Counted from the first letter of the stretch, positions 23,858-34,806 are shown. The stretch is DNA of 64,000 bases from an uncultured Chloroflexia bacterium (GCA_963763495.1 CAVXOY010000017.1:51204-115203); one strand, 5' to 3'. Numbers and translations are program-made. The notes: generated from the letters alone by a model not told the origin.

Positions 23858-25056
23858 CTAGTCGGCAGTGCGACGAGGCACAGGATGTTTGGCCAAACGC
23901 ACGTACGGCGGCAGGGGTCCCCCCAAGAGGGGGCGGGCATAGCCGACGAAGGCAGGGGTTACGTCGTTGCCGGATGGTGACAGGAAATCGTCAGGCAGAC
24001 GCTTCTCCACGTTTGCCACCTTGGCCAGCTCCACCAGGCCGGTCGTGCACTGGTAGGGCTCCTCGGCGATGCGCTCCAAGGTAACCATGCGATTGGTCAC
24101 GCCGGCTACGGCATGACGGACGGCCATCTCGCCCACCAGCGCCGCCTCTTGCACATCCACAGGCGATGCCGCCGCCATGAACGAGCGCTGGATAGTGCCG
24201 GCCTTGTCGAAGCGCGCCTTTAGTCCGAGGCGCTTCTTGATGAGACCGCAGAGGGTCTCGGCGACACCGCCGCGCTGCGGGTGTCCGAAGGCGTCGACGT
24301 CCGCTGCCGGCCCGGACTCTTCGATGACGTTGCCGCCCTCGTCCCGCAGCGTCTCGCAGAGAGCGACGACTGCATGGCCCAGACGGTCGTAGACACGCTG
24401 AACGTCTTCCAGAAAGCGGTCGAGATTGAGAGGACGCTCCGGCACGTAGATGAGGTGGGGGGCATCGTCTGGGGCCTCGCGGGCCAGCGCCGCGGCGGCC
24501 GTCAGCCAGCCGGCGTTGCGGCCCATGATCTCGATGATCTTGACGCTGTCCACGTTGCCGATCGCCTCGGTGTCACGACCGGCGTCGCGCACAGCTAGGG
24601 CCGTGAAGCGGGCCGCGCTCCCGTAGCCCGGGCAGTGATCGGTATACGGCAGGTCGTTGTCGACCGTCTTGGGGATCCCCATGACGGTGAGATCGTACTT
24701 CTCCTCGGCCGCGAGCTGTCCCAGCCTGTGGGCGGTATCCATGGAGTCGTTCCCGCCGATGTAGAAGAAGAAGCGGACGTTGTGAGCGCGAAAGACATCT
24801 ATTATTCGTTCGAAGTCCGCCGGCGTGAGCTTGTAGCGACACGATCCCAGGATTGCCGACGGCGTGCTCGATAGCCCCGCTATGATCTCCGGACGCTCCT
24901 GGCCCAAGTCGATCATGTTTTCGCGGATGATGCCCAGGATGCCCTCGAGCGAGCCGTAGATCCCCTCGATCTGGGGTGCCTTTGTGCCTCCAGCACCGCT
25001 CCCGCCAAGCTGGCGTTGATGACCGCTGTCGGCCCGCCCGACTGCCCTATGACCAT
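23858..25056 (-). CDS. pfk: 6-phosphofructokinase (possibly PPi-dependent type)
   Basis: N-terminus MVIGQSGGPTAVINASLAG (GGGAGA RBS) then, after a frameshift near 24975, QIEGIYGSLEGILG...FFYIGGNDSM...IPKTVDNDL...IMGRNAGW. These are the PFK family core motifs. Confidence 0.8.
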
Positions 25057-25176
25057 TCTCCCTTTCCGGCCCGCCATTCTATGCTTTCCTCTCAGTCATG
25101 GTCCCCCGTTGCTGCTCACCCGCATACCGCCCCTAGATACGAAATCTTTGCCGGCGCTGTGCGCTACTGTACCGTT

Positions 25177-26020
25177 CTAAACGCCGGCGTAGGCGCAGAA
25201 GCCGCCATCGACGGGGACGGTAACACCGGTGACAAACGCCGACGCCGGACTGACAAGCCACAGCAGAGTGCCCACCAGCTCGTCCGGCGTGCCCATGCGG
25301 CCCATCGGCGTGTGCTCGACAGCGGCCCTGCCCCGCGGACTTAGGTCTCCCGTCTTCGCATCGATCAGCAGGTAGCGATTCAGCTCCGTGAGAAAGAAGC
25401 CGGGCGCGATAGCGTTCACTCGGATGCGAGGGCTGTACTCCTGCGCCATGTGGGTAGCCAGCCACTGCGTGAAGTTCACGATGCCCGCCTTGGCGGCAGC
25501 GTAAGCGGACACTCGGCTAAGAGGACGGAAGGACGTCAGGGAGGCAATGTTGATGATGCAACCTTCCCCCCGCTTCGCCATGTCCCGCCCGAACACCTGA
25601 CAGGCCCGCATCGTGCCGGTCAAATTGACGTCCAAGACCCCTTCCAGCGCCTTCGTGTCAAGGTCGAAGAAAGCGTGCTCCGAGTCAGTCGCGGCACGGG
25701 GATCGCTGCCGCCGGCGGCATTGACCAGGACATCCACTCTGCCAAACTCAGCAGCAACGGCTTCCCCAGCTTGTTCCAGGGAATGTACGGCTCGACACGT
25801 CGCAACTCACGCCGATGGCCTCGCCGCCGGCCGACCGGATGTCCGCCGCCACTCTCTCACACATTTCACCACGACGACTCAATACGGCAACCTTCATACC
25901 GGCGCCGGCCAGCCCGCGGGCTATGGCGCTCCCCAGACCACCAGACCCACCGGTGATCACAGCGATTCGACCGCTAACATCAAAGAGTTCGCGGACGTTC
26001 AGGTTGTCGGCGTTCATCAC
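25177..26020 (-). CDS. SDR-family oxidoreductase (KduD/FabG-like)
   Basis: N-terminus GRIAVITGGSGGLGSAIARGLAGAG (TGxxxGxG). After a frameshift near 25750 come NAAG, the S-Y-K active site (...SAYAAAKAG...) and PG.F.T. Confidence 0.75.
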
Positions 26021-26040
26021 TGTTCCTTTCGATTTCTAGT

Positions 26041-27405
26041 CTAGAGTCGGTAGGCTCTCTTTGCCAGGCGATAGGCAGTGTCTTCGATCATCTCCGTCGC
26101 TTCTCCTCTCTCCACGATCCCCCGCTCGACAAGGCCGGCGATCCACTCTGCATCGATGTAGCGGGCGAGGGCATGACGGGACGGGATTGAGGTGAAGACA
26201 CGCGCGTCGTCGTTGAAGCCGGCCGTGTTGTAGAGGCCGGCCGTTTCGGTAACCTGTTCGCGGTAGCGCCGCATCCCGTTGGGGCTATCGTGGAACCACC
26301 AGGGCGGTCCCAACTTCAGCGCCGGGTAATGACCGGCAAGCGGCGCCAGCTCGCGAGCATAGGTGCTCTCGTCAAGCGTGAAGACGATGAGCGTCAGACG
26401 GGAGTCGTTGCCGTACTTGCTCAGCAAAGGACGAAGATTCTCGGTGAACTCGCAGCGGATGGGGATGTCGGCCCCCTTGTCCATGCCGAATCGCTCAAAG
26501 ATGAGCGGGTTGTGATTGCGGTAGGCGCCGACGTGGAGCTGCATCACCAGCCCGTCCTCGACGCTCATTCGCGCCATCTCCATCAGCATATGAGCCGTGA
26601 AGCGCGTGGCGTCCTCGGATGTCGCCGCGCCCCGCAGCGCCCGCTGGAAGAGCGCCTCCGCCTCGGCCTCCGACAACTCCTCCGTGTAGGCGGTCAGAGT
26701 CGCCTGGTCGGTCGCGACGGCGCCCATCTGCTTGAAGAAGGCGCGACGGTCTTCGATGGCGGTGATGAAGGCCCGATAGCCACCGATGTCGACACCCGCG
26801 ATGCGGCCCAGCGACTCGATGTTCCGCCGCCAGTCAGGCGCAGAGAGGTCGACAACGCCGTCGGGCCGGAAGGTGGGCAGGATGCGTCCCTTCCAGCCGG
26901 AAGCGCGTATGGCCTGATGCTGATCAAGGGGATCGGTGGCGGAATCGGTGGTGCAGAGAACCTCGATGTTGAAGCGCTCATACAACCGGCGGGGCTGGAA
27001 CTCAGGAGCGGCGAGGCAGGCGGCGATGCGATCGTAGATGTCCTGTGCGGACTCGCTCGCCAGCTTCTCCTCGATGCCGAAGACGGAACGTAGCTCATGC
27101 TGGAGCCACCACGCGCTCGGCGTGCCGCGAAAGAGGTGGAAGTTGTCGGCGAAGAGCTGCCATATCTTCCGCGGGTCGCGCTCGACTTCGCCGCCGTCGA
27201 CGCGGGGGATGCCGAGCCGCTCCAACGGAATCCCCTGCGAGTAGAGCATGCGGAAAAGGTAATGGTCGGGGATCAGCAACAGCTCGGTGGGATTGCCAAA
27301 GCGAAAGTCGGGATCGGCGAATATCCTGGGGTCGACGTGGGTGTGCGGGCAGACCAGCGGCAGGCCGGCGACCCTGTCATACAACTGCTGCGCGATCTCA
27401 TTCAT
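26041..27405 (-). CDS. uxaC: glucuronate isomerase
   Basis: Intact 454-aa ORF. MNEIAQQLYDRVAGLPLVCPHTHVDPRIFADPD... (HTH motif) and global UxaC-like organisation. Confidence 0.9.
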   Translation of the reverse strand: MNEIAQQLYDRVAGLPLVCPHTHVDPRIFADPDFRFGNPTELLLIPDHYLFRMLYSQGIPLERLGIPRVDGGEVERDPRKIWQLFADNFHLFRGTPSAWWLQHELRSVFGIEEKLASESAQDIYDRIAACLAAPEFQPRRLYERFNIEVLCTTDSATDPLDQHQAIRASGWKGRILPTFRPDGVVDLSAPDWRRNIESLGRIAGVDIGGYRAFITAIEDRRAFFKQMGAVATDQATLTAYTEELSEAEAEALFQRALRGAATSEDATRFTAHMLMEMARMSVEDGLVMQLHVGAYRNHNPLIFERFGMDKGADIPIRCEFTENLRPLLSKYGNDSRLTLIVFTLDESTYARELAPLAGHYPALKLGPPWWFHDSPNGMRRYREQVTETAGLYNTAGFNDDARVFTSIPSRHALARYIDAEWIAGLVERGIVERGEATEMIEDTAYRLAKRAYRL

Positions 27406-27834
27406 GGGGAATCGAGAGGCCGCCTAGCGGGCAATGCGGACGCGTTTCTCAGTCTTGGCCCGATTCTAGGCTCCTTGTCGTCGCAGCGTCAACCGGCGCG
27501 GGTCTCTAGCTTTCTTTCCTATTCCAGTAGGTGCAGGTTCTCGCTCTTCATCCCTCTGCCTGATGTTGTCCCACGGATCGATGCCCCTACTCCCTTAGGT
27601 CGCGATGGCCCGGCATGTCCTGAGGTTCGCAGGCGTCCATATCATCCAGATGGTATAGGCACCCTCGGAAACGATTTCGGGGGTTTCGGACTCGACACAG
27701 CATGGGTTGCCTGATTCTGCGACATCCGGCGCCGTGGCACACTACTAAGGGAAAGATACTGTTTGAGGAGGCTCGCTACGGAACGGATTGAGCGTCACGA
27801 CCATAAGGGCACTGAGAGAGAAGCGAGGCAGGAG

Positions 27835-29049
27835 ATGGATCTCTTAGCTCAGGCTATCGTAGATACGGCGCGGGAGCCTCTTCTGGTCCTCGACGGGAAG
27901 CTACGCATAAAGGCAGTCAACCGCTCTTTCTACGAGGTATTTCAGATCTCGCCGGAGGAGGCGGCGGATCGCCCGATCTACGAACTGGGCAACCGCCAGT
28001 GGGACATCCCTGAGCTGCGGGAGCTGCTAGAGCATATCCTTCCCAACGGCGGCCAGGTCCAGGACTTCAAGGTTGAGCACGAATTCCCAACGGTCGGGCG
28101 CAGGACTACGCTCATCAATGCCCGCCGGTTCCGTCACCCGGACGACGGCACGCACCTGATTCTCATCGCCATCGAGGATATCACTGAGCGCGCGCAGGCG
28201 GAGGAAGAACTAGGCAAACGCCGCGACGAGCTTGAAAAGATGGTCGCGGAGCGCACCGCCGAGCTCAAGAGAGCGAACGACCAACTACGTCATGACAACG
28301 CGGTGCGCAAGCAGATGGAGGAGAGTCTGGAGCGACGGGTGGCCGAACTCGATGCCTTCACCTACAGCGTCTCCCATGACCTGAAGGAACCCCTGCGCAC
28401 CATCGAAGCGTTGAGCCAGTTCGTGCTGGAAGACTACGCCGACCGGCTTGACGAGCAGGGGCGAGACTATCTGATCAGGCAGGCTAACGCGAGCATACGC
28501 ATGAAGAACCTGATCGACGATCTGCTGACGCTGTCACGGGTCTCACGGCAGCGTGTTCCCCCGATTCGAGTCGATGTCGGTCGGCTGGTTAGGGTGGTGG
28601 TGGAAGAGATGCAGTCTAAGATCGATGCCGAGAACGCGACTGTGGTGGTGGAAGAGATGCCGTCAGAGGTCCTCGGCCACCCGACCCTGCTGATGCAGGT
28701 ATTCGCCAACCTGATAGGAAACGCCATCAAGTTCAACGAAAGCGCAGAACCCCACGTCAGGATCGGTGTTAGGACCACAGAAGGACGCATGGTCACCTTC
28801 TACGTTCAGGACAACGGTATCGGCATCGACCCGCAGTATCATGAGCGCATCTTCGGCGTTTTTCAGCGCCTGCACCGGCGAGAGGAGTACGAGGGGACGG
28901 GCGCTGGACTGGCGATTGTGAGGCGGGCAATGGAGACCCTCGGCGGCAGGATATGGGTGGAGTCAGAGCCCGGCGCCGGAACGACGTTCCTGTTCACGCT
29001 TCCGCTGTGGACAAAAGCGGCCGCTTCCCGCGCAGCAAAAGCAGCATAG
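27835..29049 (+). CDS. PAS-domain sensor histidine kinase
   Basis: A PAS fold follows MDLLAQAIVD. HisKA is FTYSVSHDLKEPLRTIEA, and HATPase_c has N, G1 and G2 boxes (GNAIKF, DNGIGI, GTGAGLAIV). The ATG at 27835 has an AGGCAGGAG RBS. The upstream TTG at 27763 is an alternative. Confidence 0.8.
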   Translation: MDLLAQAIVDTAREPLLVLDGKLRIKAVNRSFYEVFQISPEEAADRPIYELGNRQWDIPELRELLEHILPNGGQVQDFKVEHEFPTVGRRTTLINARRFRHPDDGTHLILIAIEDITERAQAEEELGKRRDELEKMVAERTAELKRANDQLRHDNAVRKQMEESLERRVAELDAFTYSVSHDLKEPLRTIEALSQFVLEDYADRLDEQGRDYLIRQANASIRMKNLIDDLLTLSRVSRQRVPPIRVDVGRLVRVVVEEMQSKIDAENATVVVEEMPSEVLGHPTLLMQVFANLIGNAIKFNESAEPHVRIGVRTTEGRMVTFYVQDNGIGIDPQYHERIFGVFQRLHRREEYEGTGAGLAIVRRAMETLGGRIWVESEPGAGTTFLFTLPLWTKAAASRAAKAA

Positions 29050-29055
29050 GGATGG

Positions 29056-29523
29056 GTGAAGGTGCTAGAAGATCAGCCTGTCAAACCAGCGGAGATTCTC
29101 CTCGTGGACGACAACCCGGATGATGTGGAGATCTCGCTTAGGGCGCTCCGCAAGATGCGGGTAGCCAACAAGGTGCACGTCGTGCGGGACGGGCAAGAGG
29201 CCCTGGATTTCCTCTTCCGTGAGCGGGAGTACAGCAATGGAGCCCGGGCACCTCGGCCGGATCTAATCCTTCTCGACCTGAATCTGCCCAAGGTCAGCGG
29301 CTTGGAGGTGCTCGAGAAGATCAAGGCAAACGATGAGCTCTCAACGATTCCGATAGTCGTGCTCACTATCTCGCAGCGACAGGAAGACGTGCAGAAGAGC
29401 TATGATCTGGGCGCCAACACCTACATAACGAAACTCGTGGACTTCGCCAAGTTCTCGTACGCCATAGACGTTCTTGGCGAGTACTGGAGCGCTATCGCCA
29501 CGCTGCCGCCAAAGGCAACGTAG
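29056..29523 (+). CDS. single-domain response regulator (CheY-like receiver)
   Basis: ILLVDDNPDD...DLILLDLNLPKVSGLEVLEKIK...VLT....K with all receiver hallmarks. GTG start. Confidence 0.8.
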   Translation: MKVLEDQPVKPAEILLVDDNPDDVEISLRALRKMRVANKVHVVRDGQEALDFLFREREYSNGARAPRPDLILLDLNLPKVSGLEVLEKIKANDELSTIPIVVLTISQRQEDVQKSYDLGANTYITKLVDFAKFSYAIDVLGEYWSAIATLPPKAT

Positions 29524-29630
29524 AAGGCGCGGTGGTGGATGAAAAGAACACCATAGCGGGACGCAACAAGACAGTTTCCAGCGGACCAGACGAAGTCAAG
29601 CGCTGGCCGCATCAGGAGGGAGGAGAAGCC

Positions 29631-30576
29631 ATGCAAGCAACCGATACCTGGCCTGTTCCCGGCAGAGAGAACAAGGCGCTTCCTCGTGCGCTGCTCATCG
29701 AGGACAACCCGGTCGACGCAGACATTGTGAAACGAACGCTTGGGGATGCCGGGGTCGCCGCCGTGAAGACAGCCCGAACTGCTGAGGATGGTCTGCGCAT
29801 GTTCAGGCAAGCGAAGTGGGAGTTGGTGCTGCTTGACTACCGGCTCCCCGGCTCCAGCGGGCTCGATGCCCTAGCCCTGTTGCGGCAGATCGACCCCGAT
29901 GTGCCGACGATAGTGCTCACAGGCGTCGGCGACGACCAGGTTGCCGCCGACGCCATCAGGCTGGGCGCCGACGAATACCTCTCCAAGGACACCATTCGCA
30001 CGGTGTTGCCCACCGCGGTCAGGACGTTCCTGGAGGTGAAACGGGCCGATGCGCGCCAGCCACGCTCTCCTCAAGGAGACCGAGCGGCAGGAGGAACTGA
30101 AAAGGGTGATCGAGGCGGGAAAACGGCTTCTCCAGAGTCTGCCTGCCGATTCTGCAGGCTTTGGCAAGGCGCACTCGGCAAGTGAGCGTCGCCGGTTGGC
30201 AACGGCGTTTGCCCGGTTGTACCGCGCCGTCATCACCTATAGCGGTGGCCTGCCCAGTGTCGAGCTGACAGAGCTGTGTCGGGCAGCAGGAGCCAAACGC
30301 CTGAGCGCGCGGCAGATCGCGGAGCTTCATGCCCAGGCAGCCGACCAGGTCATCCGCGAAGAGCCACGCCCCCCAGCCGACCTCGCATCTCGGCTGAACG
30401 AGGGGCTGCTTCTGGCAGTCCTGTGGCTGAATGAAACAGCTTTGAGCTCATGGTCGGCACCAGGCTGCCTACGCAGAGAGAATCTGCGACTGCAGTTAAA
30501 GCATACAAAGAATGTCGGTCATGAAAGCCAACCCGGTGCCACAGCCCGAGCCGGAGATCGATGCGATCATGGATAA
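29631..30576 (+). CDS. response regulator: receiver + C-terminal helical domain of unknown function
   Basis: ATG at 29631 has a GGAGGGAGGAG RBS. The receiver is RALLIEDNPVDADI...LVLLDYRLPGSSGLDALALLRQ...VLTGVGD. After a frameshift near 30045 comes a ~170-aa helical domain (ETERQEELKRVIEAGKRLL...FARLYRAVITYSGG...) with no recognised family. Confidence 0.6.
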
Positions 30577-30706
30577 GACGCTCGAAACGTTCGGAATCAA
30601 GAAGCGGCAGAAGATAGTACAGGATGGCTCGCGCAAACTCGTCAACCGTCACGGCGCCTCCTCGACTCATACGCTCCCTACAGATGCCGCTCTGAGGGAC
30701 ACGTGA
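30512..30706 (+). pseudogene. remnant of a family-5 substrate-binding protein C-terminus
   Basis: ANPVPQPEPEIDAIMDKTLETFGIKKRQKIVQDGSRKLVNRHGA aligns with the C-terminus of the intact SBP downstream (ANPVHLPEPENDAILDKILVTPDINERQKLVLDITRTIIDRHGP). There is no upstream body. Confidence 0.4.
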
Positions 30707-30877
30707 AGGGGCACGAGAACGTGCCGACAGACGATGGTCAACTGCACCTACGATACTTGGCTGGACAGTAGAGAGGAGCGCCTTCGACGGTTCTCGCTTT
30801 GAGAACACATGGACTCCTGAGTTCAAGCACCAGGCTAGGGTCAAGGTGGCTGCAGCGCGGCGTAGGGGTCGCGCCCG

Positions 30878-31252
30878 GTGCCGATAACGGACGACCAGAC
30901 CATCGCTGTCCCGCCGCCACAGGAGGGGATGCCCGCTCCGTCTGCTCCCACCTCGACCCCGGCTCCCACCGCTACCCCGCTGCCAATCGATACGCCGGCA
31001 CCGCCTCCCGGCTTCTTCGATTACGATGGCGTCCTGATCCACTACGAGACGTTTGGCGACGGGTACCCGATCGTTCTGGTGCACGGCTTCATGGGGGCAT
31101 GCAGGGCGACTGGGTGGACACCGGCCTGGTTGATGCCCTCACCGGCGCCAGGCCCCAACTTTGTGCTCCAGGCAGTCAAACTGCTAGAATGCAGGGGGAT
31201 CCTCAGGGATTCCGCCGAGTCCATCCACGTTTTCTGGAAATTGGAGAGTTGA
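30878..31252 (+). pseudogene. alpha/beta-hydrolase N-terminal fragment
   Basis: ...FFDYDGVLIHYETFGDGYPIVLVHGFMG... is the N-terminal hydrolase-fold segment. It is preceded by a Pro/Thr-rich linker and followed by no catalytic core. Confidence 0.35.
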
Positions 31253-31255
31253 CAC

Positions 31256-32857
31256 ATGCTCAGAACCTCTAGGCGGCGTTTTCTCACTACCATGGCGGCG
31301 ACTACTGCCGGAATCCTCGCCACACGCTGCGGCGGTGGCGACGAGAAGGAGAGCGGGACACCCGTAAGCTCGGCGACGCAGGGCCCGATCAAGAAAGGCG
31401 GAATCTATTACCGCGCAAGCACGACCCCCGCGCTGAGCATCGATCCGTTCACAGAAGTGACGATGGGCCTCGCCTATATCGCCTACCTCTATGGCTTCCT
31501 CCTGCATGAGTTCCAGCAGCTCAAGGGCGCGCCTATCCTCGTCTTCGATCATGCCGAGTCCCTGGAGAACCCCGACGATCTGACCTACATCTTCAAGCTG
31601 CGCTCCGGCATCAAGTTCCAGAACCTGCCCCCAGTCAACGGCCGCGCGATCAGCGCTGAGGACGTGAAATACGGCTTCCAGAAGCTCATCGCGGGAGACG
31701 CGACCCCGTTCTGGACCAGCGGCATAACAGACATCTCCGTGTCCGACCCCAGCACCCTCAAGGTGAGCCTCGCCAACGTGTACGCCTATGCGATGGCCGA
31801 GTTCAGCGGCAGCCGCACGGCCATTGTGCCCCACGAGGCCGTGGAGCAATTCGGCGACCTGAAGCACAATGCCATCGGTTCAGGGCCGTTCCTGGCGCGC
31901 AGCGCATACAATGGGAACAGCATCGACATGGAGCGGAACCCCGACTACTACGTCCCGGACATCCCCTATCTCGACGGCATCTCCTGGCGTACCTTCGCCG
32001 ACGACGCCAGCATCCAGGCCGCATTCAAGGCCCAGCAGGTCGATGTCTACGCTCCCCCCAGCAAGATTCAGGCTGACAGCGTGGCCGCAGCCAGCAACCA
32101 CGTCACCATCATCAAGGATCCCAACCTCGCCATCTACATGATCAACCTCAACGAGATCAAGGCGTCGGTACTTCAGGACGTGCGCGTCCGCGAGGCACTG
32201 GACATCTCCCTCGACCGCGACGCCATCATCGAGAAGCTGGCCTTCGGCGATGGCAATTACACCGGCCCCGTATCGTGGGGACTGGAGTTCTGGTCGCTTC
32301 CTCAAGACGAGCTGCGCGAGCGCTACCAGCGAGACGTCGCCAAGGCGCGCCAGCTTCTGGAGGCAGCGGGGGCGAGCGATCTCACCCTGGAGTTGAAGTG
32401 CCAAAACCTGTACTCCGACCTCGCCGCGATGATCAAGGCGCAGGCAGCGGAGGCGGGCATCACCATCAACATCGTGTCGCAGGAACTGGGAACCTGGGTA
32501 TCCGACCTGGTCAGCCAGAACTTCGAGCTTATGGTCGGCGTCGGCCTGCCCTACACCGACGAGAACCTGCCCCTGCAGTTCAACCACACACTGAACTGGA
32601 CCCGTAAAGCCAACCCCGTCCACTTGCCGGAGCCGGAGAACGATGCGATCCTCGATAAGATACTCGTGACGCCGGACATCAATGAGCGGCAGAAGCTGGT
32701 ACTGGACATTACGCGCACGATCATTGACCGGCACGGCCCCTTCCTCTACCTCTACGCGCCCTACAGTTATGTCGCCCGCTGGGACTATATGAAGGGGTTT
32801 GAGGGCGTCCCACCGACGATGACTAACTTCGCCTACGATATCTGGAAGGACAAGTAA
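31256..32857 (+). CDS. ABC-transporter substrate-binding protein, family 5 (peptide/oligosaccharide), Tat-lipoprotein
   Basis: Intact 533-aa ORF. It carries a Tat motif (SRRRFLTTMAATTAGILATRCGG, twin-arginine plus lipobox) and SBP_bac_5 architecture. No cognate permease or ATPase genes are adjacent. Confidence 0.85.
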   Translation: MLRTSRRRFLTTMAATTAGILATRCGGGDEKESGTPVSSATQGPIKKGGIYYRASTTPALSIDPFTEVTMGLAYIAYLYGFLLHEFQQLKGAPILVFDHAESLENPDDLTYIFKLRSGIKFQNLPPVNGRAISAEDVKYGFQKLIAGDATPFWTSGITDISVSDPSTLKVSLANVYAYAMAEFSGSRTAIVPHEAVEQFGDLKHNAIGSGPFLARSAYNGNSIDMERNPDYYVPDIPYLDGISWRTFADDASIQAAFKAQQVDVYAPPSKIQADSVAAASNHVTIIKDPNLAIYMINLNEIKASVLQDVRVREALDISLDRDAIIEKLAFGDGNYTGPVSWGLEFWSLPQDELRERYQRDVAKARQLLEAAGASDLTLELKCQNLYSDLAAMIKAQAAEAGITINIVSQELGTWVSDLVSQNFELMVGVGLPYTDENLPLQFNHTLNWTRKANPVHLPEPENDAILDKILVTPDINERQKLVLDITRTIIDRHGPFLYLYAPYSYVARWDYMKGFEGVPPTMTNFAYDIWKDK

Positions 32858-32966
32858 GGGGCAGCGTTTCAGAGGACGGTATCATCTCGCTGGAGATTTG
32901 CGGCGACTCCACTAAGACCCTGCGACGGCGCCGCTTCGAAGACGGGCTATCCCAGAGGACTGGGCA

Positions 32967-34061
32967 GTGACTGAGAGAGATCGACAGACGTCGCCGTTCC
33001 CCCTATACGCCCATTACCCTCATTTGGAGGCGTCGCTGCCGCGAGTGGCGCTTTCACCCGGCCCCAGCCCAGTGAGGGAACTGACCGGAGTCGGCCACAA
33101 GAGCTTCTGGATAAAGAACGACGGACTCTACGGCACCCTATACGGCGGCAACAAGCCGCGTAAACTGGAACTTGTCCTGCCCGACGCCCAGCTACAGGGC
33201 AAGTCCACGATCATCACCTTCGGCGCGCTGGGCACCCATCACGGGCTCGCCACCGCTCTCTACGCGCGACAACTCGGTCTGCGCACTGTCCTGTTGCTGG
33301 TAGACCAGCCGGTAGACAACACGGTTCGGCGGGAGCTCTGCTGGTTCCAGCAAGCAGGTGCTATTCTGCATCACACTGCCACCGCTCGCCGTACGCAGGT
33401 CTGGGCACGTCTGCTCATGCTACGTTATGTCGACTGGCGGCGCGGCAAGCTACCCTATCTTCTACCGCCGGGAGGGTCGAGCCCTCTAGGCACGGTAGGG
33501 TTCGTCAACGCGGCGTTCGAACTGGCTGACCAGGTGGCAGCAGGAGAACTGCCGGAGCCGGAGACGGTGGTCGTAACACTCGGATCTGCTGGCACGGTGG
33601 CCGGGTTAGCTCTGGGCTTGCGCCTAGCAGGGCTACGCAGCCGGCTCATAGCGGTGCGGATCGGCGCGCACGGAACGCCGGAGATGGTCGCCCACCTGGC
33701 CAACGCCACCGCCGGAGTCATGCGGCAGAGGGGAGCTGACCTACCCGCCGGCGATATCGACCCAGCCTCGATCAAGGTGCTGACCGACTGGGTCGGCAAG
33801 GGTTACGGCCATTCGACACCGGAGGCAGAGCGAGCAATAGCACTGCTTGCGGAGAAGGCGGACCTGACCCTGGAGTACACTTACACCGCGAAGACCGTGG
33901 CAGCCCTTCTGGCGCTGCTGGAGAACGGTCACCTAGACACAGGCCCGACGCTCTACTGGCACACCTACAACGCCCTGCCGGTGCCGCTGGCCGAACCGGG
34001 GCCGGAGGACTATCGCCGGCTGCCGCGATCCCTTCACCGCTTCTTCAATACGGAAGCCTAG
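32967..34061 (+). CDS. PLP-dependent ACC deaminase / D-cysteine desulfhydrase family enzyme
   Basis: GGNKPRKLE (PLP-lysine motif of this family). Two-domain fold type II with glycine-rich loop VVTLGSAGTVAG. Confidence 0.8.
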   Translation: MTERDRQTSPFPLYAHYPHLEASLPRVALSPGPSPVRELTGVGHKSFWIKNDGLYGTLYGGNKPRKLELVLPDAQLQGKSTIITFGALGTHHGLATALYARQLGLRTVLLLVDQPVDNTVRRELCWFQQAGAILHHTATARRTQVWARLLMLRYVDWRRGKLPYLLPPGGSSPLGTVGFVNAAFELADQVAAGELPEPETVVVTLGSAGTVAGLALGLRLAGLRSRLIAVRIGAHGTPEMVAHLANATAGVMRQRGADLPAGDIDPASIKVLTDWVGKGYGHSTPEAERAIALLAEKADLTLEYTYTAKTVAALLALLENGHLDTGPTLYWHTYNALPVPLAEPGPEDYRRLPRSLHRFFNTEA

Positions 34062-34098
34062 GGTCACTCTCCTCTTTCTTCCGTGACTCCGATTGCCC

Positions 34099-34806
34099 CT
34101 AGCTTCCCGCGGCGGAGGGGTCGGCTGCTGCGCCGTCGTCGACGACGCGACCGTCAAGCATGTGCACGATGCGCTGGGCGCGGGAAGCCACGGCCGGGTC
34201 GTGGGTGACCAGGAGAACGGTGAGGCCGCGGCTCTCTTGTAGCTCCTGGAGCAGGTCGAGCGCCAGCTTCCCTGAGGCGGAATCCAGCCGCCCAGTCGGC
34301 TCATCAGCGAGGAGGATCGACGGGGCGTTGGCCAGGGCACGCGCTATCGCCACCCGCTGGCGCTCTCCCCCAGACAGCTCAGCCGGCTGGTTCTTCTCCC
34401 TGTTGCCAAGGCCCACCTGAGCCAGCAGCTCGCGGGCCCGCTTGCCGCGCTCGCCGGCGGAAACGCCCATCTCGAACATGGGCACCTGGACGTTCTCGCT
34501 GGCGCCCAGGGTAGGCAAGAGGTTGTCCAACTGGAAGACGAGGCCGATCTCGCGGGCGCGGTAGCGGCTCAGGTTGTTCTCCTCGGCCAGGTCGCGTCCG
34601 TTTATCCTGACCGTGCCCCCATCCGGACGTTCCAGGGCGGCAATCAGATGAAGGAGCGTCGATTTGCCACACCCCGACGGCCCGACGATGGCGACGAACT
34701 CCCCGGCATTGACCGTCAGATCGACGCCGTCGAGGGCACGGACGAGCCCTCCCTGGAACGTCTTGACCAGGCCGCGAATGTCGATGATGGGGAGAGGATC
34801 ACTCAT
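34099..34806 (-). CDS. ABC transporter ATP-binding protein (MacB/LolD-like)
   Basis: Walker A GPSGCGKST, signature LSGGERQRVAIARA, Walker B ILLADEPTG. ATG (complement of 34804-34806) is 2 nt after the permease stop, so translational coupling is likely. Confidence 0.85.
   Translation of the reverse strand: MSDPLPIIDIRGLVKTFQGGLVRALDGVDLTVNAGEFVAIVGPSGCGKSTLLHLIAALERPDGGTVRINGRDLAEENNLSRYRAREIGLVFQLDNLLPTLGASENVQVPMFEMGVSAGERGKRARELLAQVGLGNREKNQPAELSGGERQRVAIARALANAPSILLADEPTGRLDSASGKLALDLLQELQESRGLTVLLVTHDPAVASRAQRIVHMLDGRVVDDGAAADPSAAGS

Noticed and set aside
31880-32734. 284-aa minus-strand ORF
   Set aside because: Antisense to the intact SBP gene.
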